The notes beneath the pieces were generated by a model. That model was not told the origin of the DNA. It searched no databases and saw nothing but the letters and a program-made list of their open reading frames with translations. Shown piece after piece: positions 38,601 through 49,940 of a DNA stretch of 64,000 bases. The stretch comes from Paragordius varius (Eukaryota; Animalia; Nematomorpha), in assembly GCA_964247055.1 (NCBI GenBank), contig OZ176058.1, forward strand, positions 2,976,001 to 3,040,000, written 5' to 3'. Numbering within the stretch: the stretch's first letter is position 1; the number at the start of each line of letters is the position of its first letter. Made by a program: the position numbers and the translations under genes.

Positions 38601-40844
38601 TAAAATAATCTACATTACACTTAATTTTATTGTTATCAATATTCTTTTTCAGCGCTGGGATCGGGCGAACTGGAGTGCTTATATTAATGGAAAGCGGTCT
38701 TGATTTACTGGAAAACCATTTGGATTTGGATCCCCTACAACTCGTTACACAAATGCGTCAACAAAGATGTTATCTCATACAAACATCAGTATCTTTTTTA
38801 TTTTTTGTAAATACAGTAAAAATACTTTTATCTACTTTTACCTGTAAATTGAAATTATACAGACAAACCTAATAACCAGGGCTTGTCCGAACGTAAATTT
38901 GGGACCGGTTCTTTTCATTTTTTTCGGTTATAGAATCGGTTATTTAAAAAGAGGAACCTGTTCTAAAGCGGTTCTTTAAATTTCAAAACTGTTCCGCTTC
39001 CGGTTCTCGCATTTTTTTGCCAAAACCGGTTTTCTGTAGAATAAATGCGGTTTTAAAATGGTTCCGATCATATAATATATGATGATTATTCCAAAAACAT
39101 ACTTATCTTCATTATTTCAGTGATTTTGGATGAATTTTGAGTATTACTCGTAAGGGTTAATAATTGCTCAGGATTATTTCGAATTCGTTTGCAACTTTAT
39201 CATCTTACAAATTTCTTTACTCGTAGTATCCAATATGCAGAGATAAATTAAAATGGTTGTTTTATGGATTTAATGAGAATTGATTAGAAATATGTTGTGC
39301 AAAATGAATTTGTACAGTATTTATTTTCATACTACAATCTTTCTTAAATGAAATAATTTTTTTTGTCGCACAACGCTGGTGGAGTAAGTCTTTTTGAGAC
39401 TTGTTTAATAGATTGTGTTTCGACCCTTTTAATAATAGGTGAATAATTTCTAGAAAATTAGAATCTTCAATATTTAACTTTTGCTTTGTCATTTTTATAC
39501 TTCCAGTTTTCACATAAAATTCTCTGGTAACAGTTTTCTTTTCTAAAAATCAAGTTTTCTTGTTTAACCACTATTATAAATAAAATATACTGATCCGTAA
39601 ATTTGAAATGTAACTTTAAATGCTTAATTAAATTAATGTTGTCAGATTCTTTTATTAATAATCTTCATTTGATGCACTCGCTGTTATCTGGTAGTCCATA
39701 TTATTTGTATAAACTGATCTTTACATCCTTCATCACTTACAAAAATTATGTAATTTAAGGATACAAATAAAAAAATTATATCAGATGTATTTTAAATTAT
39801 TAAATAAGAGTGTAACAATACTAAAGCTTTGACATAATAAAATTAAAAACGTCGTCTCTATACAGAACCGGTTGAAACGGTTTCTGTCATGTGTTAGAAC
39901 GGTTCTTTCCGATTTTCATCGTGGAACACCGGTTCCATCAAAGAACCGCAAGAACCGGTTCTTGACGTTCTAGTACCGAGCCCTGGTAAAAAAAGACAAA
40001 TTAACCTTGATAACATATTACAATTTTAAATCACGGTAATAATTGAAATACAGACAAAGTGTAATTTTTTGTTAACCATACTTTATCAAACTTATATCAT
40101 TTTATTCCATTTTCCCCAAAATGAGTTATATTAAAAATCTTATAAAAAAACTTTTTCTTTTGGTTTTTACGTTTTGTTGTAAAATTTTATTTTTTACTGT
40201 ATATAACTGGGTGTTTACCAATTTACATTTATAGCTGCCCAAGATAATTTATATTTAAAAAATAAGGATTTAATAAAGTATGGCTGTCTTTAAAAAATAT
40301 TTATTATATAGTTTTTACGTTTTGTCTGTATAAATATTTATTATAAATCTACCTTTGCTATGAAAATTTTAATTGTATAATTAATTTTTAGGCTCAATTC
40401 ACATTTGTATGCCGGGCACTCTTGCACATATTTGCGAAAACCATGAAAAGTATCAACACTATGACAAAAAACAAAGAATCTTTCACATTTTTGGATTTCA
40501 ATAATAACAATAAGGATCTTAATGGCCATGCTCAAAATATATCCAAAGATTCAGAAATACATAAACTAAAAAACAATAGGCAGTCTATAGGACCTCATTC
40601 TGTGAATTGTGATACAAATTATTTTTCATCACATCTATCCAATACTTATGATTCAAATAGTTTCAATTCTGAAAAATATAGATTGACCAGTCACACTTTA
40701 ATTGTACCGCCAGAAATAATTAAAGACAAAACAAATAATAAACAATCTTTTTTAAATGATAAAAATCTGACAGCTGCTTATAAATCTTCGAACGAAGTTA
40801 AGGAAACCAAAAAGCGCCATCTATACGAAACTGTTATTGATTAA
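22512..40844 (+). CDS. PTPN4: FERM-PDZ-PTP non-receptor tyrosine phosphatase (PTPN3/PTPN4, PTP-MEG/ptp-1 family), 23 coding exons, about 1288 aa
   Basis: Phase-consistent GT-AG exons totalling 3867 nt. FERM motifs YFGL, KWLD, FRVKFF, LFEEYTRY, LASYVLQSELGDYD, GQTPADAELNFL, LYG, CKSFWQSSIDNHAFFRL; FA motif GKTEYQS; PDZ GKFGFNITGG...[78 protein letters not shown]. PTPN3 and PTPN4 cannot be distinguished by eye. Confidence 0.93.
22707..22817 (+). CDS. PTPN4: PTP exon 2
   Basis: SSENGQILLDNVLDHLEIIEKGYFGLLYY; follows a 48-nt intron. Confidence 0.9.
22926..22968 (+). CDS. PTPN4: PTP exon 3
   Basis: KWLDLSSPMFQLEN. Confidence 0.82.
23044..23125 (+). CDS. PTPN4: PTP exon 4
   Basis: (N)PSFPSILYFRVKFFPTHPDKLFEEYT(R). 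Confidence 0.92.
23432..23559 (+). CDS. PTPN4: PTP exon 5
   Basis: YHFFLQLKRDLQSGQLL...ETALLLASYVLQ. Confidence 0.92.
24276..24495 (+). CDS. PTPN4: PTP exon 6
   Basis: (S)ELGDYD...RKIVELHKTH(R). Confidence 0.9.
24878..24965 (+). CDS. PTPN4: PTP exon 7
   Basis: GQTPADAELNFLRHVKKLKLYGEETHKVY; AAG acceptor, gtaagt donor. Confidence 0.9.
26041..26135 (+). CDS. PTPN4: PTP exon 8
   Basis: NQNQTNVFIGVSHMGITEFEIESYQIINRYK(W). Confidence 0.87.
26495..26908 (+). CDS. PTPN4: PTP exon 9
   Basis: SQIQTISFRKHNF...CKSFWQSSIDNHAFFRL...VLY(G). Confidence 0.87.
27797..28218 (+). CDS. PTPN4: PTP exon 10
   Basis: GKTEYQSIQEYKKR (FERM-adjacent motif), then Asn-rich linker. Confidence 0.82.
28584..28674 (+). 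CDS. PTPN4: PTP exon 11
   Basis: (N)KNKTDINGVAPSQGILKF...NRN(S); linker supported only by splice signals and phase. Confidence 0.65.
28830..28968. mobile_element. Small inverted-repeat (MITE-like) element in PTP intron 11
   Basis: CATATTTTTAAACCTTGA vs TCAAGGTTTAAAAATATG. Confidence 0.4.
29042..29297 (+). CDS. PTPN4: PTP exon 12
   Basis: FDGNISNY...IEIEMQADKQGKFGFNIT (start of PDZ). Confidence 0.87.
29578..29606. repeat. (TA)n microsatellite
   Basis: Direct reading; similar runs at about 35776-35800 and 48478-48500. Confidence 0.9.
29826..29921 (+). CDS. PTPN4: PTP exon 13
   Basis: GGQDQNLPVIISHIKESSPADLSYPRLCEGDQ. Confidence 0.92.
30312..30420 (+). CDS. PTPN4: PTP exon 14
   Basis: IIYINGRSVCGLSHAEICGLISQSLYGTLNLIVIPF. 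Confidence 0.92.
31032..31180 (+). CDS. PTPN4: PTP exon 15
   Basis: (A)YISSDIETFYP...LEELQKDLTNGTLIKDFM. Confidence 0.8.
31445..31535 (+). CDS. PTPN4: PTP exon 16
   Basis: [30 protein letters not shown]. Confidence 0.92.
31817..31938 (+). CDS. PTPN4: PTP exon 17
   Basis: (Y)DNTRVVLK...NDYINANYIN. Confidence 0.92.
32598..32681 (+). CDS. PTPN4: PTP exon 18
   Basis: [28 protein letters not shown]. Confidence 0.93.
32775..34740 (-). mobile_element. Decayed RTE-clade LINE with PHD-like Cys/His finger, antisense in PTP intron 18
   Basis: WQNDIKPLLNEK, KAFDCIPR, VGIHQGSILSPLLFIIIMD, LCSDD, FPCSI...KCQLWVHKKCSQIKG...FVCKAC, RLRYWGHIER...GRP; multiple stops and frameshifts. Confidence 0.85.
36425..36567 (+). 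CDS. PTPN4: PTP exon 19
   Basis: MVWQEQSTIIVMLTTEWENGRAKCAPYWP. Confidence 0.93.
36936..37497 (-). mobile_element. piggyBac-type MITE M1 in PTP intron 19
   Basis: TTAA at 36936-36939; ends TTGAATCGAAGCG|TTAA at 37497. Confidence 0.83.
37664..37823 (+). CDS. PTPN4: PTP exon 20
   Basis: NTLKLSDALLEV...PIYIVRTFRIKHIQ; acceptor ambiguous (37664 AAG or 37601 TAG, both in phase). Confidence 0.72.
38030..38256 (+). CDS. PTPN4: PTP exon 21
   Basis: REIIQMQYLGWPDQGIP...EPVIVHC(S). Confidence 0.93.
38653..38788 (+). CDS. PTPN4: PTP exon 22
   Basis: AGIGRTGVLILME...MRQQRCYLIQTS. Confidence 0.94.
38877..39985. mobile_element. Non-autonomous hAT-like element in PTP intron 22
   Basis: Termini CAGGGCTTG / CGAGCCCTG; many subterminal GAACCGGTTC-like motifs at both ends; flanks CTAATAAC / GTAAAAAA match at 5 of 8 positions. 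Confidence 0.65.
40392..40844 (+). CDS. PTPN4: PTP exon 23 (last)
   Basis: AQFTFVCRALLHIF then a low-complexity tail ending HLYETVID*. Confidence 0.88.
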   Translation, partial: AQFTFVCRALLHIFAKTMKSINTMTKNKESFTFLDFNNNNKDLNGHAQNISKDSEIHKLKNNRQSIGPHSVNCDTNYFSSHLSNTYDSNSFNSEKYRLTSHTLIVPPEIIKDKTNNKQSFLNDKNLTAAYKSSNEVKETKKRHLYETVID

Positions 40845-41674
40845 ATAAATTTTTTATTTTTTCATTATTAGATTATGTCAAACATCATTCTTCAAATTAA
40901 TTTATCCAATTAATACATGTATTTGTAGATATACTTATTTATATTAAATATTTTTAGCATTAACCATCGCATTTTTATGAATTTATTGTAGAAATATGAT
41001 ACATTTTTATAACATTCCGAATGGTACTTATACGCATTTATTATTAGGATAATCACTGCCACAAATTATTTATTAATTTATAATGCCTATTATTAAATTT
41101 AAAAAAATATTTTTATATAATATTTTGCTTTTAATTTTCAGAGATAATTAAAAAAAATATTCTCACCACAAATACGTAGCGTTTAGTATAAACCTTGCCA
41201 TTAACTTTGTATAAAGCTTATTCAATAAAAATCAAATTTAAAAAACAAAATATAAAACTAAAACACATTAAAAAGATGTTACAATGCTAAATTAATTCTG
41301 AATTTTTTAAAAACAACAAATTATCATTGGTATATACAAAAAATTCGAGCATAAGAATCGATATTACCTAAATAATTAACGAAAAACAATATATTATAAA
41401 ATTTCTAGTAAGTTACTCAAATTTCACATATTTTTATCAAATAATCTTTCAAGGAATCCCGGTGTAAACTAGAGCGTTTTCGTTTTTAATGAAATTTTTT
41501 TAAATAAATATAAAGCTATACATGTAAAATAAATTAACACACTTTTTGAGAAAGAAAAAAACAGTGAATTTAGAAATTTAGAGAGACTACTAGCTAATTT
41601 TAAAAAACGATTGAATTCGGGGTCGCGAGTAATAAAATTAAAAATTAACAAAAAATGTTTTTTAACTTGTAAAA

Positions 41675-43505
41675 TCTATATATTTATAAAAATGGAAAAT
41701 GCGGCTTTGTGATCTGTTTCCGGAAAACCAGCGGACCCATTCATATCCAAAGGTGGAAAAAATATATTAATTATGCCCGTCGCCCTTTTTTAAAAATTAT
41801 GCGTGTTTGAGACAATTTGCCTGAAAACGTGTTGGACCATTCGATTTTAAATTTAACTCCTTTTTACTTATTTTCAATTGCGCCGAACTTAGTCGGCTAA
41901 CTTTTTTAATTTAGGACCTCTTTTTATCCGCTCCCCCTGTTTAATGCCACTTTTTTTGAAAAAAAACCAAGTCCCCAAAAAAATTTAAAATCTATTTGCC
42001 CAAGATATGAGAGACCCTAAAAAATCAATTAGTATTCCAGGTGCTCCCTGTTTAAATGCAAAAATCTTAGTCACGCGTTTCTTTGATGATAGCTGGTTAA
42101 GGAAATACCCGCTAACAACAGGCCCGTCATAATAGCGTGCCTTTGGGGCTACAGCAAATCTATCAGGCCATATGAGTTCAATAGCTGCTTAAAATATTAC
42201 CCGTAACAAAGCAAAAAATTATATCGTGCGGTTTTTTAAAATTAGCCGTTAATTAGGCCCTTCACGCCCTGAAAAATGCGCCATCATAGAATGGTTTTTT
42301 AATTTTGTGGCTTTTCTAAAAACGAATGAGAGCATATGGAATCAATCATGATTCCAGCTATTCTCCGTAAAAAGGCAAAAATTATAATCAAACGCTGTTT
42401 TCATATCAGCCTTTGGGTAAGGAGCTACCCGCCTAAAACTGCACCAACATATGCGTTGTTTAGGAGTTAATTTTCAAAAAAATTATCAGGAAGGGCCTAA
42501 ATTATTACCCGTAAAAAGGCAAAAATTTAAGTCTAGCGGTTTTAATTAGCCGTTTGCCCCTTACGCCCTAAAAATGCGCTATATTGAACTATTGTTAGTT
42601 TTGAAGCCATTCTTCCCAAAACTATTGAGAACATATGGATTTAATTATGAATCCAGGTATATCCCTGTAAAAGCAAAAATTTATGGAAGGTCTTTTATAT
42701 GGGCTTCTGCATACGGTGTTACTCGCCTACAACTGCACCACCATATCGATACAGCGTGACTTTGGAAGCCAATTTTAGAAAACGAATCGGCCATATGAGT
42801 TCATTAAGGGCTTGAAATATTGCCCGTAAATAGGCAAAAATTTGAGTAGAGCCTTAATTATAGGCCTCTGTCCTGAAAAATGCGCCACCATAGAATGTTG
42901 GTTTTGGGGCATCACGAGAGCATATGGAATCAATCGTGATTCCAGGTATTACCCGAATTAAGGCAAAAAATTTCAAGCGTTTTATTGTTTCGTCCCTGGT
43001 TAGAGGCTACCCGCATAAAACTGCGTCACCATCTCAATACAGCATGCCTTTGGCGCCATTCCAGAAAACATATGAGTATAATAGGAACATATGGATTCCA
43101 TGATAATTCCAGTTATTCCCCAGTTACTCACCAAAAACTGCGCTATTATGTAGAAATCTTTGTTTTGGAGCTCATTTACACTCATTAAAAACTTGAAAAA
43201 TTATCTGTAACTAGATAAAAACAGGCGTTTTTTATTAGCCGTTAATTTAGGACCTTTATGCCCTAAAAATACGCCATCATATAACGATTATTTGGTGTTT
43301 TGGTATTTTTTCGAATAACCCATGCGATTGAATCAAAGATAATTCCAAATATCTGCCCTATAAAGGCAAAGAATTTAACTCAGCGCTTTTTCCATATAAG
43401 TCTATGGGTAGAAGTCTACCGGTTTAAAATGAGACGCCATACAATGGCGTGGTTTTGGAGCTAATTTTCAAAAAAATTAAAAAGCCATACGAGTTCAGTT
43501 AAACA
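41675..43505 (+). mobile_element. Non-autonomous Helitron (family H), 3'-truncated, with internal tandem array
   Basis: A|TCTATATATTTATAAAAATGGAAAATG 5' end shared with 61777 and 52922; about 300-bp degenerate units at about 42090, 42415, 42715, 43000 and 43410; no CTAG end. Confidence 0.75.
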
Positions 43506-43599
43506 CATTTCTAAAGAATTTGTATAATATTATTCTTTCCTTCAAAAAGAGACCACCGATCGTTATAATATCTTGCATAAATTTACTATGAATCAGAAG

Positions 43600-45000
43600 A
43601 TGTTATAGAAATTTATGAAAAATGTAGATTTATTTTTGTCAATCTCTTAAAACCGAAATAATCCTGATAAATATTATCAACAAAATTTCTGAGAGTTTTT
43701 CGAATTGTTGAGGTCGTTAAGAAACTCTCTATCATAAATGGAGTTGGTAATTAAAAAATTTTAAGAAGCCCTGGTTTAAGCTCCTTTCTATAGAGCTCAA
43801 AATACAACATTAAAGGAAATAACAACAATGAGAAAAACCTCATCAATAAAATTGATTATATAGAACAATTTAAACAAAGATTTTCCAATGTGACAAAAAA
43901 GTTAATAATAATAACAAAAACCTGGTCCTAAACATGTCAAACATGGTGTCTAATGACCACATGATCTCAATTTTAAATAAAGGCCTAAAATATGCTATTT
44001 TTCCATCAGTTGTGCCCATAGAACAAATTATATCAAGCAGGTCTATTTCGTATAGATCCAAAAATTAATAATATTATTTTAAATATGATAATTTTTTTGC
44101 AAAAGGACGGGTTACCGATGCCTTCCCAAATTCCCCCTATTCTAGCTGATTTTAAAGCATTTGAAAATCAATTTATACTAAATTATTTTTTTAAAGCAAA
44201 ATTTTTTACCCGGTATGTGGACGATATGTTTATCATTTGGTCACTTACAAGAACTGATCCTCCTTGTTTTTAGATTATGATTTCAATCCTTTTAACAAAT
44301 GATTAATCGTCGACTAACCGATCATTACCATTTTTAGATGTTTATTACCCGGAATGACACAACATTGCCATACATTTTTATCAAAAACCCACTCATTCCA
44401 ATACATATTTGCGTAAAAATATTTACCATGATTCTCTACAAAAAAGAAACGTTTTAAAAAATCAAATTTTCGCAGGCTTAAATTCAAATAAATATATCAT
44501 CAGATCGTTTTGTTAAAACCTTTTAAAAAATGTTCTCCAAACGATATCAATCGAGCAATTTTATCATTAAATAACACCAAAGAAAGCACAAAAAATTATA
44601 AGTTTTTTATTACCGTATGTACAAAATATCACGGATCGCATTAATCACATTCATTGGGGTGGGGTTTAAACCAGGTCTAAAATTAAAAACAGTAGATAAT
44701 AAGAAATCAAAATTTAATTATCCAGGGGTGTATAAAGTTCCATGCGAGTGTGGTAGGGTTTATATCGGCCAAACCGCAAGGAAAGTAACACGCCTGAATG
44801 AACACAAGTATAACTCAAAAAATAGGGATTTTAAAAGTTGTATTGCAGAACTTTGTTGGGAGGAAAACCATAGCGTTTCCTTTGAGAATATTTGTTGCTT
44901 TACGATTTTCAAAAATAATCAAAGACTTACAAGAGAATCATTAAATATTTTAAAAACCACTTTAACCGGTAGGAAGGACAAAAGATGAGTAATATGTGGA
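43600..45000 (+). mobile_element. Penelope-like element, internally deleted and decayed (RT plus GIY-YIG)
   Basis: ILNKGLKYA, KFFTRYVDDMFIIW, YQKPTHS, GVYKVPCECGRVYIGQT...RLNEH. Confidence 0.88.
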
Positions 45001-45226
45001 AAGTCATTCTTGATTATTGATCCCATATAGACTCTTTTTTCAACTCAAAGTTGTTGTTCCTTGTTATAGTTTTTGTTTATTTCATTAAGTTTAGTAACTT
45101 ATGCATTGTAAATAAAATTGTTTGTTCGACAAGGTTTCAACCACTCTCTGGAACAAAAAGTTTTAACTTACTATTTAAAAAAAACAATAAATGTACAACC
45201 ATTGTCTCCAGATACATTTATATTTT

Positions 45227-46118
45227 TTAACGCTCGGCATATGACACGTTTTCAAATAAATTTCCATATATTTTAAATATTCTTTTTTTTGAAAAAACAG
45301 CCATACTCTTTGAATTGCATAAAATATATAATTTCAATTTTGAAATCTATAATCAAGTTTATTTTCTATATACAATGGGTTCAGGGTTTAGAAAATTTTT
45401 GCCTTTTAGTTTTTGCGTTTTGTATATATCAATTTTTACAAAATAAATATATAACAGTATAAAAACTATTTAGGTTCCAAATGATGATAAAACGTCATAA
45501 AATAGAAACAACAAAAAACCGAATGCTACAAATTAGCTGTAGCGAAAAACGACCAAAGAATTATTATATTTATTATAATAGAAGTAAATTTGTAATTCAA
45601 AACACTGTAATATTCCAAGCATTTTGGGTTTTTGCTTGTTTCATAATTCAATTTAAAACTTGGAAGTTTACAAAACTTTTTTGTGATTTGGAGTTTCCAA
45701 AAAATATATTCGTGGTTTTTTATAATTTACGTTCATTTCAAAGAAAATTGTCGATTGATTATTATTATTGAAGATAAATTATATAACCTATGATTAAAAA
45801 TTATTTCACCAATAATAAATCATAATAATAAATAATTTAATTTTAAATTATCTATTTTAACTGAGATTAACATTACATTTTTTGGCTAGATTAATTCCAA
45901 ATTTGAATTATTATATTTGCCTAATGATATTTGAACCATAAAACGCTATGATTTAAAAATTGGAAAAATTTCAAAACTTTATTAATTTTACCATTTTACA
46001 TTTATTTTTGTATGTTTGGCTATATGACGATTGACCCTGAATTTTTTTTGAGATTTTATTTTCGATATCTAAAAATTTACTTTTTTCATCACACTCTATA
46101 TATGTCATAGTGTGTTAA
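45227..46118. mobile_element. Possible second piggyBac-like MITE
   Basis: TTAA|CGCTCGGCATATGACAC ... TATGTCATAGTGTG|TTAA; weak terminal match. Confidence 0.3.
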
Positions 46119-46339
46119 ATTTAGGGTCAAATGTAGTTTTTTCTATGTCATATTTTTGAATAACAAAATTTTCAGCTTTATGAATTCAAATTGAGTAATT
46201 GTGTTGCATATAAAGAAATAAAATCTGACATTAACCATTTTTAATTTCCGTTTTCATATTTTTATTTATCAAAATGGCAAAAATACCGAAAATAGTAAAA
46301 TATATATTTTATAACCACCTGTGTTAGTTAATCACGTCA

Positions 46340-47400
46340 TTTATAGTGTAAAACGTTAAAATAAAAGAACAGGACATGGACTAAATTTGGAACAGGTTCC
46401 AACACGGTTCTTAAAATTTTAACTAATCTGACAACGGTTCCATCAAAGAAAATTAGTCCTGATGTAAACTAATATTATTCCATTATTTATTGGAGTTTAA
46501 AAAGTGATCGCTTGATTTTTGATATGATTTGCCAATTAACATTTGATTAACCCGTTCGGTACCGAAATGAAGAAATAAAATATTACGGAACTGGTTTCTA
46601 ATGTAAAGTGTGAGGTGTCCAAAAAACTAGCTGTTTAATAAAGCTTCATTTAAATTTTTATGAGCTACATATCGTCTTTATTTGAAAAAATAATCTTTAT
46701 TTAATAAAGCTTATTACAATAATCTAATTTTCTGCCATTTGGCGATTTATAGTTTTTACCCTAATTTTGATCTATAATATATATAAAATAAATATTGTTA
46801 TATTTTTATCATTTAACATAATTTAGTTTGTGATGCTGAAGGAGTCAAATAATTATTCAAAAATGTTTAGGTAAATATTTTGTCTTGGTGCGTTGTTTGG
46901 TAAGAAAATGTGCTAGTTTAAATGAAAGCAACAAATAATCAAAATTTTGCTAAAAAATAAATCTTTATTTTATTAAAATGCAATACCGTAACATATATTT
47001 TAAATTTTTTTGTAATCTCGGCAGCGTTTAATTTAAGAAAACTAGCACAATTAATATAAAAATATATATTATATTAATAATGGTATGGAAATGAAGCCTT
47101 TAGTTTGCACGAAACTAGATTATTTGCATTTCCAATTTATTGATTTGAGCAATTAGCGCAAAATATTAACTTAATACTTTTTGATATTTTAATTTTGCCG
47201 TTATACGTTTATTTTTGTATGTTTTGCTATATGACGATTGACCCTATCTTTTTCAGAGTTTTTTTATATCTAAAATTTTTCGCAGAGATACCCATAACTG
47301 ACTCCAAGTCAAAAGCACCGGAAAATCCTGATATATTAATATAATGATTATTTGTGGATTTATAGGGTTTAGCACTCTTAGTTTTTTAATTGAAATCTTA
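46340..47400 (+). repeat. Interspersed repeat X with a hAT-like CAGG(G)CATGG start
   Basis: CAGGACATGGACTAAATTTGGAAC...CACGGTTCTT and downstream blocks match 52020-52490, 61325-61770 and 63270-63650. Confidence 0.7.
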
Positions 47401-49004
47401 TCATTTATAAAAGCCCATATATATTTCAGATGTTAGCCGCAAAAATTTTGAGCTAAAAATGCGGCCCGTGTAGTCATTTGTGTTAAACACCGATTCTGTC
47501 GATAGAAAAAAATTAATACGGTAACATCTTAGAAAGTATCTTATAAAAAAATTCAGATTACACCCTGTGAATGAGCTTCTTTTTAGGCTCAATTAGCTGA
47601 ATTATAAAGAAACATGTGTTTAAAGAAGTGATTTAGTTTTAACGGCGGGAGATTTAAAATATTTTATTAATATGATGGAAACAGTTCCACACGCTATTTA
47701 TATGTGGATGTTATTAAAAAGTTTTGGTAAAAAAATTTAATGATTATCATAAATAAATTTAGCACTGGCGAAAAGCTTAAAACATGAAACATCAACCGAG
47801 GGATGATCGATATACGTTATAAATATATTTTTTATGTTTATATTGTGAATAAATTATATATATTAATAAAAATGTGTTATTATGTTTATCCGATCTCTTC
47901 CATCCTGATGGCTATCTGATATAGGGTTTGCTAACTCATTTTTGTCAATGTTATCGATCGCTTTTATATGATACCATATTAAAATACTCGATAGGGTTCC
48001 TGATGATATTACCATGTAGAAGGGTTTAAAGTAAAAATAATATAAATTATAATTATGAAAATTTATTATACAAGGTATGAAAAAAGGCGTCCTAAAACGC
48101 AAGAGCATGGCTAAAGTCAACCTAAAACATGAGGACGCCATTACTATCATTTTTACAGTAAATCTGAATTAAAAATAATTATACCTAAAAAAATTATAGT
48201 TAGTTTTTTATGATTAAGCATTCTGCATACTTAATGAGTCTATAGTTCATAGACATAGGAAACAACAAACCCACAAAATAAAAATTTTCGTAATTAATTT
48301 TTTTTAAAAATAATGGATAAAAATAGCTCAATTTTTTTTGCAATAGGTATAACAAAGATAGCACAGAAAGGTTTTTTTAAAAAAAACAAAAAATTTTATG
48401 TCATCCAAAACAGACATTTTTAATTTGTTTTTAAAATTATTTTTTTAGAAAGAAATTTCTAAATTTCATAATATATTATATATATATATATATATATATG
48501 TATATAGAATTTTGACTTTGTCAAATTCAAAAAAAATTTTTATATATTTATTGAACCTTTCAGTATCGCATTAACTGGTTATCTAAAAATCAATACATAA
48601 CAACATACTTTATCCTGAACTGAGTGGTGTTGATAATAGGATGATGCCATAATTAAAAATTGCCAAAATAACGCTTTTTTCTATTATAACTAATTTATTT
48701 TGTTTTTTGCCTTTAGTATAGCTTAAAATATATTTCGTAAACTTTTAAAATACAAAAAACCTATTTTGGGTTGTAAATTAAATAAATTTATAGTTAATGT
48801 TAAAATATTATGTTTGTTTAGTTTTTACTTTTTACCATGTAAAAAAATCGCTTACCCATTTTATCAATATTAAATTATTCTTTTTACAATTAAAATTTAA
48901 ATTTATTTTAAAATCTTTGTTAAAAATTAATTTATGTTCTACCTAATTTATAATATTTTTTCCTATTAAATATTAACATTATTTTGATGTAAAAGATTTC
49001 ATAC

Positions 49005-49940
49005 TTAAGTTAATTAAAAAATATGTATTTAACTATTTTTCAGAGAATACCAAATTATAAGGATTATTAAAATTTAAGTTTTTTTTATAAGCGCTCTCTA
49101 TTTTTTGCTTTCCGAGAATAAGGATTTTGACTATATAAAAAAACAAAAATATAAAAAGGCTAGTAAGAACACTTTGCGGAAAAATGTATGATTAATATAT
49201 CATTCGAACAATAAATGTTGTAATGGTAAATGCGTTATAAGTTTCAAATTATTAAGGCAATATTTCTTATTCGATATTTTGTTGTTTTTTTATAAACTAC
49301 TGTGTTGCAAATTGCGCAACTGTAAAGACTGTATTTTAAATTTTCTGTATTATCGTAAATCGAAAATCGCATTTTTTAATCGCACAATAGGTCAATAAAA
49401 TTATATACAGCAGAAGAAAATGCGTCTTAATTTTATATGTTAAGATTTATCATATAGTTGTATCCAAAAATTATAATGAAAATTATACATGTTTGAGCAC
49501 CCTGACTACAAGACTCAAAGCAAAAAATGGCACTTTGGTGTCAAATAATCTAAGAAAAATTAATTATGTTAAACACTATTTTCGTAAATTTTAAATTTTC
49601 TTAATATTTCGGAGGAAAACGCCATTATCTAATAACAACATAATAAATATAAAAATTTATTTAAAAACGTGTCATGGAATAAATAAAATTTGCGTACTTC
49701 CGTCTTCAGCGTTAAAAAAATACAAATGAGTAAAGATAAAATGGTTGATCTAACCAATAACAAAGATGAAAAAGGGTAATTAAACATATCATTTAAGACT
49801 AGATTTAAAGAGTTGAAAAATTATAATGACATTTTTATAAACTCAAACAAAGGAAATCAAGTAGTTATAATAAACTGTTAGATTATAATCAAAAAATGCA
49901 AATGGCTGTTTTGAATGACATAAAAGCATTTGTTAGACAT
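49005..49940 (+). mobile_element. Penelope-like 5' RT fragment (49716-49940) preceded by a 710-bp inverted arm
   Basis: KGNQVVII peptide at about 49850; the whole block is the reverse complement of about 59950-60900. Confidence 0.75.

Noticed and set aside
39262-39513. 83-aa ORF inside the hAT-like element as a transposase
   Set aside because: No BED, DDE or dimerisation motif could be recognised with confidence.
45121-45157. Hairpin TTTGTTC...GAACAAA enclosing GAAAC-CTT-GTC on the minus strand after the PLE
   Set aside because: The core reads CAGAGA rather than CTGANGA, there is no stem II, and it is antisense to the element; too degenerate to call a ribozyme.
49005-49715. Initially read as a second piggyBac MITE (TTAA-CACTGAGGACG end)
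   Set aside because: Only one end looks terminal, both copies are fused to PLE RT sequence, and the apparent TIR is the hammerhead-like CTGANGA core.
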